From an uncultured delta proteobacterium (GTDB lineage: Bacteria; Myxococcota_A; Polyangia; Polyangiales; Polyangiaceae), in assembly GCA_963763745.1 (NCBI GenBank), contig CAVXQJ010000016.1, positions 513,029 through 577,028 of the forward strand: a stretch of 64,000 bases of DNA, written 5' to 3'. Shown in pieces: positions 18,810 through 27,590 of the stretch. The notes under the pieces were generated by a model. It worked only from the letters and a program-made list of their open reading frames with translations, was not told where the DNA came from and did not search any database. Position 1 is the first letter of the stretch. Each line of letters begins with the position of its first letter. The position numbers were made by a program, and so were the translations under genes.

Positions 18810-19136
18810 ATTTCTCCCCCCGCTCGTGCTCGGGCTCGTCCTCGGTCATGCTCGGCGGCCGATGCATGCATTGTACATGTTTCCGCCTGCGCGTGACCTT
18901 GCGGGCGAGCCCTGCGCGCGAGCGTCCCCCTCTCGGTGTCGGCCCAAAGCGGCCGCCACCGAGGTGGGAAGTGTCTTCACTTTCTCATTGAAGACCATTC
19001 CCCCTCGCGTTCGCGAAGCGAACGCATGAGGGGGACGCTCGCGCGCAGGGCTCGCCCGCAAGCCGCGGTGAGGATGTGTCGTGGCTCTGGACCGCGGCGA
19101 GGACGAGCCCGAGCACGAGCGGGGGGAGAACTTCTC
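18809..19136. repeat. MITE-like palindromic repeat family 1, full-length copy B (about 328 bp, nested inverted repeats; approximate)
   Basis: Terminal inverted repeats atttctccccccgctcgtgctcgggctcgtcctcg / cgaggacgagcccgagcacgagcggggggagaa; inner IR cttgcgggcgagccctgcgcgcgagcgtccccctc / gagggggacgctcgcgcgcagggctcgcccgcaag; central gcgttcgcgaagcgaacgc palindrome. Confidence 0.7.
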
Positions 19137-19141
19137 GAACC

Positions 19142-20002
19142 TCAATGCAACGCGTTCAACTGCAACAGCTGCAACTTCGCTTCCGGCGTGAAATGCGAAT
19201 CCGGAAAACGATGGATGAGCGTGCGCCACGTGTTCTTCGCTTCGTTCCACGCTTCGATGTCCATCTGACTCAGCGCGAGCATGCGGAGCGCATCGTCCTG
19301 GATCTCTCGATCTTGTGACGCGTCCGAGAGCTGCGTGAGGATCGGGAGCGCGTCGCGCGCGCGCCCGAGGTGGCGGTACGCGTCGGCGAGCCCGAGGCGC
19401 ACGTTCGGCGCGATCGACGAGCTGTCTTTGCATTTCAACGAGTCCTCGTACGCGCTCGCCGCTTCTTGCCAGCGCTGCACGCGCGCCTTGTCGAGCCCTT
19501 GCTCGTAGCTCGCCGCGGCGAGCTCGTTCTTCGCGCGTTCCACCGCGTCCGCGAACGCGGCTTGCTCGGCCTTCGTGATCGGCTCCTTCTTGATCGCTTC
19601 GTAGCCGTCGACGATCTCGATGCGCTTGCCTTGACGAATGAGCTCGTAGAACAGCACGGCCTTCTGCTCCGCGCGCGCGCGCTCTTCGTCGCGCTTCTCG
19701 GTCTCGCGCGCTTCCTTGCGGAGGCGCTCGTTGTCGGAGGTCTTCGTGTCGGTCTCCGCGCGGATCGCATCGACGCGCGCGTCCCATGCGAACTTCAACG
19801 CGACGAACACGACGAGCACGAACACGATGTACGCCGTCGCGCTGTTCCACGAGAGCCGCCGCTCGTAGCCGCCTTGCCGCTTCGCGATCGACTTGATGTC
19901 CGCGGAGAGCGCATTCGTCAGGTTGTTCGTCTTGATGACGAGCCCGCGCGACTCGATGATCTCGCGCTTGATGTCGCGCAGCTCGTCGTCGACTTCGTGC
20001 AT
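19142..20002 (-). CDS. Membrane protein with N-terminal coiled coil, one TM helix and C-terminal TPR-like domain
   Basis: Trimmed from ORF 19142..20074 to MHEVDDELRDIKREI; TM segment TAYIVFVLVVFVALKFAW; Lys/Glu-rich coiled coil; AT-richer codon usage than neighbours. Confidence 0.5.
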   Translation of the reverse strand: MHEVDDELRDIKREIIESRGLVIKTNNLTNALSADIKSIAKRQGGYERRLSWNSATAYIVFVLVVFVALKFAWDARVDAIRAETDTKTSDNERLRKEARETEKRDEERARAEQKAVLFYELIRQGKRIEIVDGYEAIKKEPITKAEQAAFADAVERAKNELAAASYEQGLDKARVQRWQEAASAYEDSLKCKDSSSIAPNVRLGLADAYRHLGRARDALPILTQLSDASQDREIQDDALRMLALSQMDIEAWNEAKNTWRTLIHRFPDSHFTPEAKLQLLQLNALH

Positions 20003-20043
20003 GGCGAGGTGCAAATACCACGAATTTGCTGCATTCTGCACGT

Positions 20044-21521
20044 ATGCTCGCCGCGCTCTTCTTCGCCGCCGCAACGATCAACATCACGCCCGCCGACGAC
20101 TACAAGAAGATCGAAGCTGCGCAGCCGGGCGACGAGGTCGTCATCGCGCCGGGCAAGTACGCCTTCCGCGTCTACCTCACGCAGCAAGCGCCCGCGAACA
20201 ATCCGATCGTCATCCGCGCCCAGGATCCGGCGAACCCGCCCGTGTGGGATCTCTCCGCGCAGAACGTGGAGGACGCGCCCGGAAGCTACACGGCCGGCGA
20301 TCGCGGGCGCGGGTGCTGGCAACTCTCGGGCGCGACGAACATCACGATCGAGAGCATCGTCTTCACCGGTTGTCACACCGCGTCGTTCAACTCGGCGGGC
20401 ATTCGCTACTACGAGACGACGACCGGCTTGATGATTCGCGACTGCGTCTTCAAGAACAACGACGACGGCCTCACCGGCGGAACGCAAAACAGCGAAGCGA
20501 CCGTCGAGTTCTCCGAGTTCGACTCGAATGGCAACTTGAACGCATCGAACGGATCACCGACGCACAACATCTACATCTACGGCGGCACGTTCACGCTGCG
20601 TTATTCGTACCTCCACGATCCGACGCAAGCTCAGAATTTTCACATCCGCGCGACGCAAGCGCTCATCGAGTCGAACTGGATTACGCACGGCAAGAGCTAC
20701 GAAGGCGACTTGATGCCGAGCGACGACTTCTCCGGCAACGGCCCGTTCTCGCAGTCGATGATTTTCGCGGCAACGTGATCGTGCAGGGAAACCCGGCGAA
20801 TCACTCGCAGATCATTGCAGTCTACAACGATGCGGGCGTGGCGAACCTCACGATGCACGTCGAGGCGGTGAACAACACGGTCATCGCGGCCGCGCCGCAG
20901 GGCGCGCTCATCCACTTGTCGAACGCGGACGGCACGAAGATGAACGGCGTCATGTCGAACAACATCCTCGTCACGTCGACGACGGCCTACGCGATCGAGG
21001 ACACGCAAAACGGCGCGATGAGCGGCCAGAACAATTGGCTCATGACGGGCACGAGCCCGGGCGCGCTCACCGGATCGGTTCTCGGGAGCGCGCCGGGATT
21101 TCAAACGGCGCTCGCGTATCGATTGGACACGGGAAGCGCCTGCATCGGCGCGGCCGCATCCGTGCAGAATACACCCATCTCCGAGTACTACTTGGACGAC
21201 AAGACGACGCGCATGTACCGCGCGCGCGCGTCCGTGAAGGACATCGGCGCGTTCGAACAGGCGACGACGGGAAGCGGGATTGGTCCGTATGGGACGCAGC
21301 CGGAGCCGGACGGTGGGGTGAATTTCGGAGACGGAGGCGGAGTCGGGGACGGAGGCGGGGGCGGAGACGGAGGCGGGGGCGGAGACGGGGGCGGAGCCGG
21401 AGGCGGAGGCAGCGGCGGGTGCGGATGCGATGTCGTCGGGGCGAGCTCGTCTTCTTATTTCGGCGTCGTCATGCTCGCGATCGGGCTTGCTTGCCGGAGG
21501 CGCGCGCGGCGTGGTACCTGA
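20044..21521 (+). CDS. Secreted parallel beta-helix protein with Gly-rich linker and MYXO-CTERM-like C-terminal sorting tail; apparent -1 frameshift near 20760-20778
   Basis: Signal peptide MLAALFFAAAT; N-part in frame of ORF 20026..20778, C-part in frame of ORF 19893..21521; adding one T to the T4 run at about 20762-20765 joins ...PFSQSMIF to RGNVIVQGNPANH...; C-terminus GGCGCDVVGASSSSYFGVVMLAIGLACRRRARR. Confidence 0.6.
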
Positions 21522-21533
21522 CGCGCGGCAATC

Positions 21534-22097
21534 ATGGGAACGACGACCGACATCCGCAAAGGGCTGAGGCTTCAGATCGACGGCGTGCCGTATCGCGTGA
21601 TCGAGCACCAGTTCGTCAAGCCCGGCAAAGGCCAGGCGTTCACGCGCGCGAAGATTCGCAACTTGCTCACGGCGAACGTGATCGAGCGCACGTGGAAATC
21701 GGGCGAGTCGGTGGAGCTCGCGGACATCGAAGAGCGGAAGATGACGTACTCGTGGGCCGAAGGTGAAGACCTCGTCTTCATGGACTCGTCGACGGGCGAT
21801 CAGATCAACGTCGGCAAAGACAAAATCGGCGAAGACGTTCGTTGGATCTCCGAAGGGATGGACCTCGAGGTCACGCTCTTCAACGGCAACCCGATCGGCG
21901 TCGAGATCCCGTCGACGGTCGTCTTGCAGATCACGGCGAGCGAGCCGGGCATCAAGGGCGACACGGCGAGCGGCGCGACGAAGCCCGCGACGCTCTCGAC
22001 GGGCGCGGTCGTGAACGTTCCGCTCTTCATCAAAGAAGGCGAATGGATCAAAGTCGACACCGAGAGCGGGAACTATCTCGAGCGCGTGAACAAGTGA
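21534..22097 (+). CDS. efp: Elongation factor P
   Basis: 187 aa; KPGKGQAF motif and three OB/KOW domains typical of EF-P. Confidence 0.9.
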   Translation: MGTTTDIRKGLRLQIDGVPYRVIEHQFVKPGKGQAFTRAKIRNLLTANVIERTWKSGESVELADIEERKMTYSWAEGEDLVFMDSSTGDQINVGKDKIGEDVRWISEGMDLEVTLFNGNPIGVEIPSTVVLQITASEPGIKGDTASGATKPATLSTGAVVNVPLFIKEGEWIKVDTESGNYLERVNK

Positions 22098-22104
22098 GCG
22101 TGAC

Positions 22105-23019
22105 GTGAGCGCCGAGCTCGACGCGATCGCCGCGAAGATTCGCGAGAACGTCCGCAAGCGCGCCGACGGCGACATCGACGTGATGCGTTCGCGCAAAGCG
22201 TTCGAGGCGATGGGCAAGCTCGCTAAGCCGGCGGAAGGCGTGAAGCACGCCTCGTCGGAGGTCCTCGGCGTTCGTTGCGACGTCACCGTGCCCGCCGAGC
22301 ACGATCGCGATCGCAGCATCATTTATTTTCACGGCGGAGCGTTCGCGCTCGGCGCGCCGGAATTTTATCGCGCGTGGCTCTCGCATCTCGCGGTCGCATG
22401 TCGCGCGGAGGTGTGGGCCGTCGATTATCGGCTCGCGCCCGAGCATCCATTTCCTGCGGCGCCCGACGATGCGCTGCGCGCATGGCGTGGCGCGCAAACG
22501 ATCACGAAGCTGACATCGGCCCGCGTCGTGATGATGGGCGACTCGGCCGGCGCGAACCTCACGCTCGCCACGATGATCGCGGCGCGCGACGCAGGACTGC
22601 CTCTGCCCGCGGCCGCCGTGCTCATCTCGCCGTGGATCGATCTCGCGCTCGGCGGCGCGTCGGTCGCGTCGAACCGCGAGCGCGATCCGCTCATTCGCGA
22701 AGGCGACAGTCGCGCGTACGCCGCGCTCTACGCGGGTCAGGCTTCCACGAGCGACGCTCGCATCTCGCCGCTCCACGGAGCCCTCGCAAAGCTCCCGCCG
22801 ACGTACGTCCAAGTCGGCAAAGACGAAATCCTCTACGACGACGCAACGCGCTTCGAAGCGAAGGCGCGCGCGGCCGGTGTCGACGTCACGCTCGACGCGT
22901 TCGATGGCGTCTTCCACGTGTGGCACTTGCTCGCGGGCGTCGCGCCCGAAGCGAACGACGCGATCTCGCGCATCGGCGAGTTCGTTCGGCGCGTCGTGCC
23001 CTCACGCGAGCCTCACTGA
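22105..23019 (+). CDS. Alpha/beta hydrolase (HSL-family esterase/lipase)
   Basis: HGGAF oxyanion motif and GDSAG nucleophile elbow; GTG start. Confidence 0.8.
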   Translation: MSAELDAIAAKIRENVRKRADGDIDVMRSRKAFEAMGKLAKPAEGVKHASSEVLGVRCDVTVPAEHDRDRSIIYFHGGAFALGAPEFYRAWLSHLAVACRAEVWAVDYRLAPEHPFPAAPDDALRAWRGAQTITKLTSARVVMMGDSAGANLTLATMIAARDAGLPLPAAAVLISPWIDLALGGASVASNRERDPLIREGDSRAYAALYAGQASTSDARISPLHGALAKLPPTYVQVGKDEILYDDATRFEAKARAAGVDVTLDAFDGVFHVWHLLAGVAPEANDAISRIGEFVRRVVPSREPH

Positions 23020-24134
23020 ATGTCGAATTTGAAGTCCGGGCCCCACGAGTTCGTGGAGGACGGGAACACGTCCGTCGTCGTGACGGTCGACGAGCAAGCC
23101 GAGATGGTGATGTTTCCGTGCGGGCCGCTCACCGTGAACGGATAACTCGGGCCGTCCTTGCGCGGGAGCACGGTGTTCACGTTCGTCATGTAGACGCCGA
23201 TCACGTAAGCCGTGTTCGCTTGCACGGTGTACGAGATGTTCGATCGATAGAACTGCTCGGTGCTGGCGCCAGTCACGTTCGAGCCGAGCGCGAGCTGCGT
23301 TTGGCTCGTGTTCCAGATCTCCGCGTGGATCGAATCGCTCGAGGCGAGGTTCGCCTTCCATTCGACGCCGCTGATCGTCTGCGATTGCGCGAACGTCACC
23401 GTGTAGGCGCGCACGCTCCACACGCTCGAGCTTCCTGGATCGTAGAGCGTGCCCGTCGGCGGGAAGATCTCGACTGCTGTCTCCGTGACGGTGCACGTCG
23501 AGTTCGCGCATATCCCGTTGCACACGACGCCGCATCCGCCGCAGTTCGCGGTGTCCGTCGTCGTGTTCGCGCAGTACGGCGAGCCCGCGTCGGGCTCGCA
23601 GAGCGTCTGACCTTGCGGGCACGTCGAGCCGCATTTCCCGGCGTCGCACGCCGTGAGCTGTCCGCATATGACGCCGCACGCGCCGCAGTTCGAGTTGTCG
23701 CTCGACGTGTTCGCGCAGTACGGACCTGCGTCGCCGCCGTCGGGCGCGCAGATCGACGTGGGCTGCGCGCATTGGAGCGCGCATTTTCCCGCGACGCATT
23801 TCTGATTCGTCGTGCACTTGGTTCCGCACGCGCCGCAGTTCGTGTCGTCGGTCTGCGTGTCGACGCAAGTCGAGCCGCAAATCTTCGTGTTGTTCGAGCA
23901 CGTCGTGCCGCACTTGCTCGCGCTGCACACTTGGCCGGACGGACACGCGTTGCCGCACGCGCCGCAGTTCGCGTTGTCGTTCGAGACGTTCACGCAGGAC
24001 GATCCGCAGAGCGTCCCGCCGCCGTCGCACTGCGAGCTCCCGCCGTCGTCGCCGGCGATGAGCCCACCCGTGGCGCACGCCATCACGGTCGCGAGGGCGG
24101 TGATCAAACCAATGACGATGCGTCGTCGTGTCAT
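23013..24134 (-). CDS. Lipoprotein with six Cys-rich NCGACG repeats (myxobacterial disulfide-repeat type) and a C-terminal beta-rich domain
   Basis: Lipobox ALATVMAC; repeats ...NCGACGxxCxxGQxCxxGxC...; paralogous architecture at 36774..37607. Confidence 0.65.
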   Translation of the reverse strand: MTRRRIVIGLITALATVMACATGGLIAGDDGGSSQCDGGGTLCGSSCVNVSNDNANCGACGNACPSGQVCSASKCGTTCSNNTKICGSTCVDTQTDDTNCGACGTKCTTNQKCVAGKCALQCAQPTSICAPDGGDAGPYCANTSSDNSNCGACGVICGQLTACDAGKCGSTCPQGQTLCEPDAGSPYCANTTTDTANCGGCGVVCNGICANSTCTVTETAVEIFPPTGTLYDPGSSSVWSVRAYTVTFAQSQTISGVEWKANLASSDSIHAEIWNTSQTQLALGSNVTGASTEQFYRSNISYTVQANTAYVIGVYMTNVNTVLPRKDGPSYPFTVSGPHGNITISACSSTVTTTDVFPSSTNSWGPDFKFDIQ

Positions 24135-25450
24135 GGCACTTCCCGAAATCCCTTTCCCACTTTTTCGGCGATGCGGGCTTCCGCTTCGACGAGCGCCTCA
24201 CCCTCCGAGGCGAACGACTTCGTTTTGACCTCGAATGTGCCGTAGCGCACGCGATGTTTCGTGCCGACGACCTCGATCTCCCAGAACGCGTTCGTCTCGT
24301 CGTCGCGCATCTCGAAACGCCTTATTTTCGGGGCGATCCCGGTTCCGGCGGACTTCTGCGTTTTTTCGAAGAGTTGGACCGGAGCGGGTTTCTCTTTCGG
24401 GTGCGGATGGAATTCGGCGTCCGCGCGCTCGCCGACGTAGCTCGGGAAGCGCGGCACGCCTCCATCGGACAGCTCTTGGTAACGGAACGTGATGATCGTT
24501 CCGATCGCAGGCGGGTGCTCGCGCTCTTTGTCCGAGAAGCCCGTGCCGACGTTGAAGCGCGTGCCGTCTTCGAGCTCGACGACGAGCGCGCCGAGCCGGC
24601 CCTTGTGCTTTCCCATGCCGGCGACGTGCTCGACGATCTTCGCCTCGGCGTCGTGGAACGTCTTCACTTTGAGGAGCGTCGTCGAGCGGCCGGCTTCGTA
24701 TTTCGATCCGGGCTTGCGAAGCATCATGCCTTCGCCGCCGAGCGCCTCGACGCGCGCGAGCTCCTCCTTCAGATGCGCTTCGTCGCGGCAGGTCTCGTGC
24801 GGATGCATCCTTGCATATTGCAACTTCTCGCCGACGACCTCGCGGATGTGAGCGAGGCGCTCTTCGAACGTGCCGCCGTGCTTGGGCGCGTCGAAGACGA
24901 GGTACTTGAGCGTCTTCCACTCCGGCGGCTTGTCTTGCCGCTTCACGATACCGACGGTTTTCTGAAACGTCTTTCGCCCGCCCCACAGCTCCCCGTCGAG
25001 CGGCGTCTTCGGAAGATCCGCGATGAACCAATCGGGCGCGTGAAAAACATTTCCGAGGCGCGAGATGAACTGCACGCCATCCCAGTACGCGCGCACGCCG
25101 TCGAGCTTCTCGCTCATCCACCAACCCTCGAGCGCGATGTCCATCTCCCACTTGTGCGCGAGGAGAAGAGGCGGCGCTTTGTCGGGCGCGTCGACCTCTT
25201 CGCCGTCTTCGTTGACGATCTTCTTGCGAGCGGGTTTTCCGGCGAGCTCCACGTTGCCGAGCCGCGCCTTCTCGGCTTCGTCGCCGCGATACGCGCGAAT
25301 GTGTTTGCACGTGCGCTGCTCGATGCCGAGCGATTGATTGCGCCACGCAGGACACGTGCACGAGTACACGCCGCCCACGTTCTTCAGCGTGTAGATGGAG
25401 GAGCCAGAGCCTTGAACTTCGACGGATGCGCCGTCTTCGAGATCGGGCAT
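24131..25450 (-). CDS. ATP-dependent DNA ligase with N-terminal SWIM zinc finger and C-terminal WGR domain
   Basis: KLDGVRA (motif I KxDG), LDGELW (motif III), LLKVK (motif V); SWIM CTCPAWRNQSLGIEQRTCKH (CxCx14CxH); C-terminal FWEIEVVGTKHRVRYGTF WGR-like; trimmed from ORF 24131..25654 because the first 68 codons are read-through of repeat family 1 copy C. Confidence 0.8.
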   Translation of the reverse strand: MPDLEDGASVEVQGSGSSIYTLKNVGGVYSCTCPAWRNQSLGIEQRTCKHIRAYRGDEAEKARLGNVELAGKPARKKIVNEDGEEVDAPDKAPPLLLAHKWEMDIALEGWWMSEKLDGVRAYWDGVQFISRLGNVFHAPDWFIADLPKTPLDGELWGGRKTFQKTVGIVKRQDKPPEWKTLKYLVFDAPKHGGTFEERLAHIREVVGEKLQYARMHPHETCRDEAHLKEELARVEALGGEGMMLRKPGSKYEAGRSTTLLKVKTFHDAEAKIVEHVAGMGKHKGRLGALVVELEDGTRFNVGTGFSDKEREHPPAIGTIITFRYQELSDGGVPRFPSYVGERADAEFHPHPKEKPAPVQLFEKTQKSAGTGIAPKIRRFEMRDDETNAFWEIEVVGTKHRVRYGTFEVKTKSFASEGEALVEAEARIAEKVGKGFREVP

Positions 25451-25470
25451 GGTGGCGAGATATATCAGAG

Positions 25471-25695
25471 GTTTCTCCTCCGCTCGTGCTCGGGCAGGGG
25501 TCTCCCCCCGCTCGTGCTCGGGCTCGTCCTCGTCAGCGGCGGACGATGCGAGCAGCGTGAATGTTCCGCCTGCGCGTGACCTCGCGCGCAGCCCGGCGCG
25601 CGCAGAGCCGCGCGGAGGCGAAACATGTATATTGCACGCATTGTCGCCGAGCACGGCCGAGCATGCCGGCGAGCACGAGCGGGGGAGAAATCTCG
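25471..25695. repeat. MITE-like palindromic repeat family 1, copy C (approximate)
   Basis: Left arm ctccgctcgtgctcggg (duplicated) ...gcctgcgcgtgacc; right arm cgaaacatgtatattgcacgcattg...ggcgagcacgagcgggggagaaatctc; lies between divergent ligase and hflX starts. Confidence 0.65.
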
Positions 25696-27520
25696 CCTAT
25701 ACTCCGCCCCCTTGGAAATCTACGGCAACACATCCGGCCTCTCGCCGTCCGCGAAGAAGACGCTCGAGCGCATCTATCGCCGGCGCGTGCCCATCGACAC
25801 GCTCGTCACGCCCGAGCTCCAGCGTTCGCTCGTCGATGCGTCGATCGAGACGGGCCGACAAGTCGGCGTGCTCGTGCATCGCTCCGGGCAAGTCGATTAC
25901 GTGATCGCGGGCGACGCGGGGAAGCTCGAGCTTCCGAACGTCGGACGCTTGCGCGCCGCGGAGGGACGCCTTCGCGGTCTTCGATTGATCCACACGCACG
26001 TGCGCGGCGAGCCGCTCACGCAAGACGATCTCATCGACCTCGTGCGGCTTCGGCTCGATCTCGTGTGCGCGATTCAGCTCGCGCCGACGGGCGAGGTGCG
26101 CGCGCTCTCGTATGCGCACAACGTTCCGGGGCAGCCGCCGTATCGCGTCATCGGACCGCTCCTTCCGGGCCGCGCGGATCTCGACGTCGGCAGGCTCGTC
26201 TCGGATCTCGAAGCCGAGTTCGGCAAGCTCGCAAAGGGCCGCGCCGTCCGCGCGAAGGACGGCCGCGCGATCTTGATCTTCGTGAACGAGAAGCGAGACA
26301 GAGATGGCTGGCACACGCAGGTCAAGATGCACGAGCTCCGCGAGCTCGCGCGCACGGCGGGCGTCGAGGTCGTCGATTCGATCGTTCAGGCGCGCGAGAA
26401 GGTCGATCCAAAAACCATCATGGGGCAGGGCAAGCTCGACGACGTCATCTTGCGCGCCGCCGAGCTCGACGCCGACGTCCTCATCTTCGACCGCAACCTG
26501 AGCCCGTCGCAGTCGAGCGCGATCGGCAAGACGAGCGAGCTCAAGATCATCGATCGCAGCCAGCTCATCTTGGACATCTTCGCGCAGCGCGCCGAGAGCA
26601 AAGACGGCAAGCTCCAAGTCGAGCTCGCGCAGCTGAAATATTCGATGCCGCGCCTCGGGCAAAAAGACGACTCGCTCTCTCGCCTCACGGGCGGCATCGG
26701 CGGACGCGGGCCGGGCGAAACGAAGCTCGAGATCGGACGACGCCGCGCGAAGGAGCGCGTCGCGCACCTCGAAGCGCAGCTGAAGAAGCTCGGCAAGCAA
26801 CGCGAGCAGCGCCGCCGCAAGCGCTCGCGCGAAGGCGTGCCGACGGTCGCCATCGTCGGCTACACGAACGCCGGCAAGAGCACGCTGCTCAACACGTTGA
26901 CGGGCGCCGACGTCCTCGCGGAAGACAAGCTCTTCGCGACGCTCGACACGCGCTCTCGCGTGCTCAAGGTCGGTTGGGCGGGCTACGGCGATCGCGAGGT
27001 CGTCGTGACGGACACGGTCGGTTTCATCCGGGACCTGCCGAAGGATTTGTTCGCTGCGTTCCGCGCGACGTTCGAAGAAGCGGCCGACGCCGATTTGCTC
27101 TTGCACGTCGTCGACGCGAGCGATCCCGCGAAAGACGATCACATCGCGACGACCGCCTCTGTGCTCGAGCAGCTCGATCTCGCGAATGTGCCGCGCGTGC
27201 TCGTGTTCAACAAAATCGATTTGCTGGAACCGCTCGAAGAAAAATCGCTCGCACGCGCGAACCCCGACGCGGTGCTCGTGACCGCGACCAAGCGCGACAC
27301 GCTGCGGCCTCTCATCGAGCGCATCGCGGCGGAGCTCGCGACGCGGTGGGAAGACGCGGCGAAGGTTCCGAGCGGGGCCTCTGTCGGGAGCGGAGTCGGA
27401 GATGGGGACGGGGACGGAGACGGAGACGGGGACGGACGCGGGCACGGCGATGCCGAGGAGCTGACGACGCTCGACGCGATGCTCGAAGCCGCGGGGCGAA
27501 AGCGGCGGCGGAGCTCGTAA
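25625..27520 (+). CDS. hflX: GTPase HflX with about 200-aa N-terminal extension and C-terminal (GD)n tail; start uncertain
   Basis: HflX N-domain (RAILIFVNEK...ELRELARTAGVEV), G-domain GYTNAGKSTLLN / DTVGF / NKID; ORF ATG at 25625 lies within repeat copy C, alternative TTG/GTG starts downstream. Confidence 0.8.
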   Translation: MYIARIVAEHGRACRRARAGEKSRLYSAPLEIYGNTSGLSPSAKKTLERIYRRRVPIDTLVTPELQRSLVDASIETGRQVGVLVHRSGQVDYVIAGDAGKLELPNVGRLRAAEGRLRGLRLIHTHVRGEPLTQDDLIDLVRLRLDLVCAIQLAPTGEVRALSYAHNVPGQPPYRVIGPLLPGRADLDVGRLVSDLEAEFGKLAKGRAVRAKDGRAILIFVNEKRDRDGWHTQVKMHELRELARTAGVEVVDSIVQAREKVDPKTIMGQGKLDDVILRAAELDADVLIFDRNLSPSQSSAIGKTSELKIIDRSQLILDIFAQRAESKDGKLQVELAQLKYSMPRLGQKDDSLSRLTGGIGGRGPGETKLEIGRRRAKERVAHLEAQLKKLGKQREQRRRKRSREGVPTVAIVGYTNAGKSTLLNTLTGADVLAEDKLFATLDTRSRVLKVGWAGYGDREVVVTDTVGFIRDLPKDLFAAFRATFEEAADADLLLHVVDASDPAKDDHIATTASVLEQLDLANVPRVLVFNKIDLLEPLEEKSLARANPDAVLVTATKRDTLRPLIERIAAELATRWEDAAKVPSGASVGSGVGDGDGDGDGDGDGRGHGDAEELTTLDAMLEAAGRKRRRSS

Positions 27521-27590
27521 CGTTCACAATTCTTCACGCGCGGAAGAGCTTGCGGCAGCATCGAATCGGTCACACGAAGACGCCTGCAAA

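Noticed and set aside
20721-20790. 35-bp tandem duplication as the cause of the beta-helix gene frameshift
   Set aside because: The two units are only about 57% identical and correspond to successive beta-helix turns. A single T insertion in the T4 run restores the frame more parsimoniously.
25451-25654. First 68 codons of the DNA-ligase ORF (MLGDNACNIHV...EDEPEHERGE...)
   Set aside because: This sequence is the literal translation of repeat family 1 copy C; the same EDEPEHERGE string appears in another spurious ORF at 18.8 kb. The real start is the ATG at 25450 (MPDLEDG).
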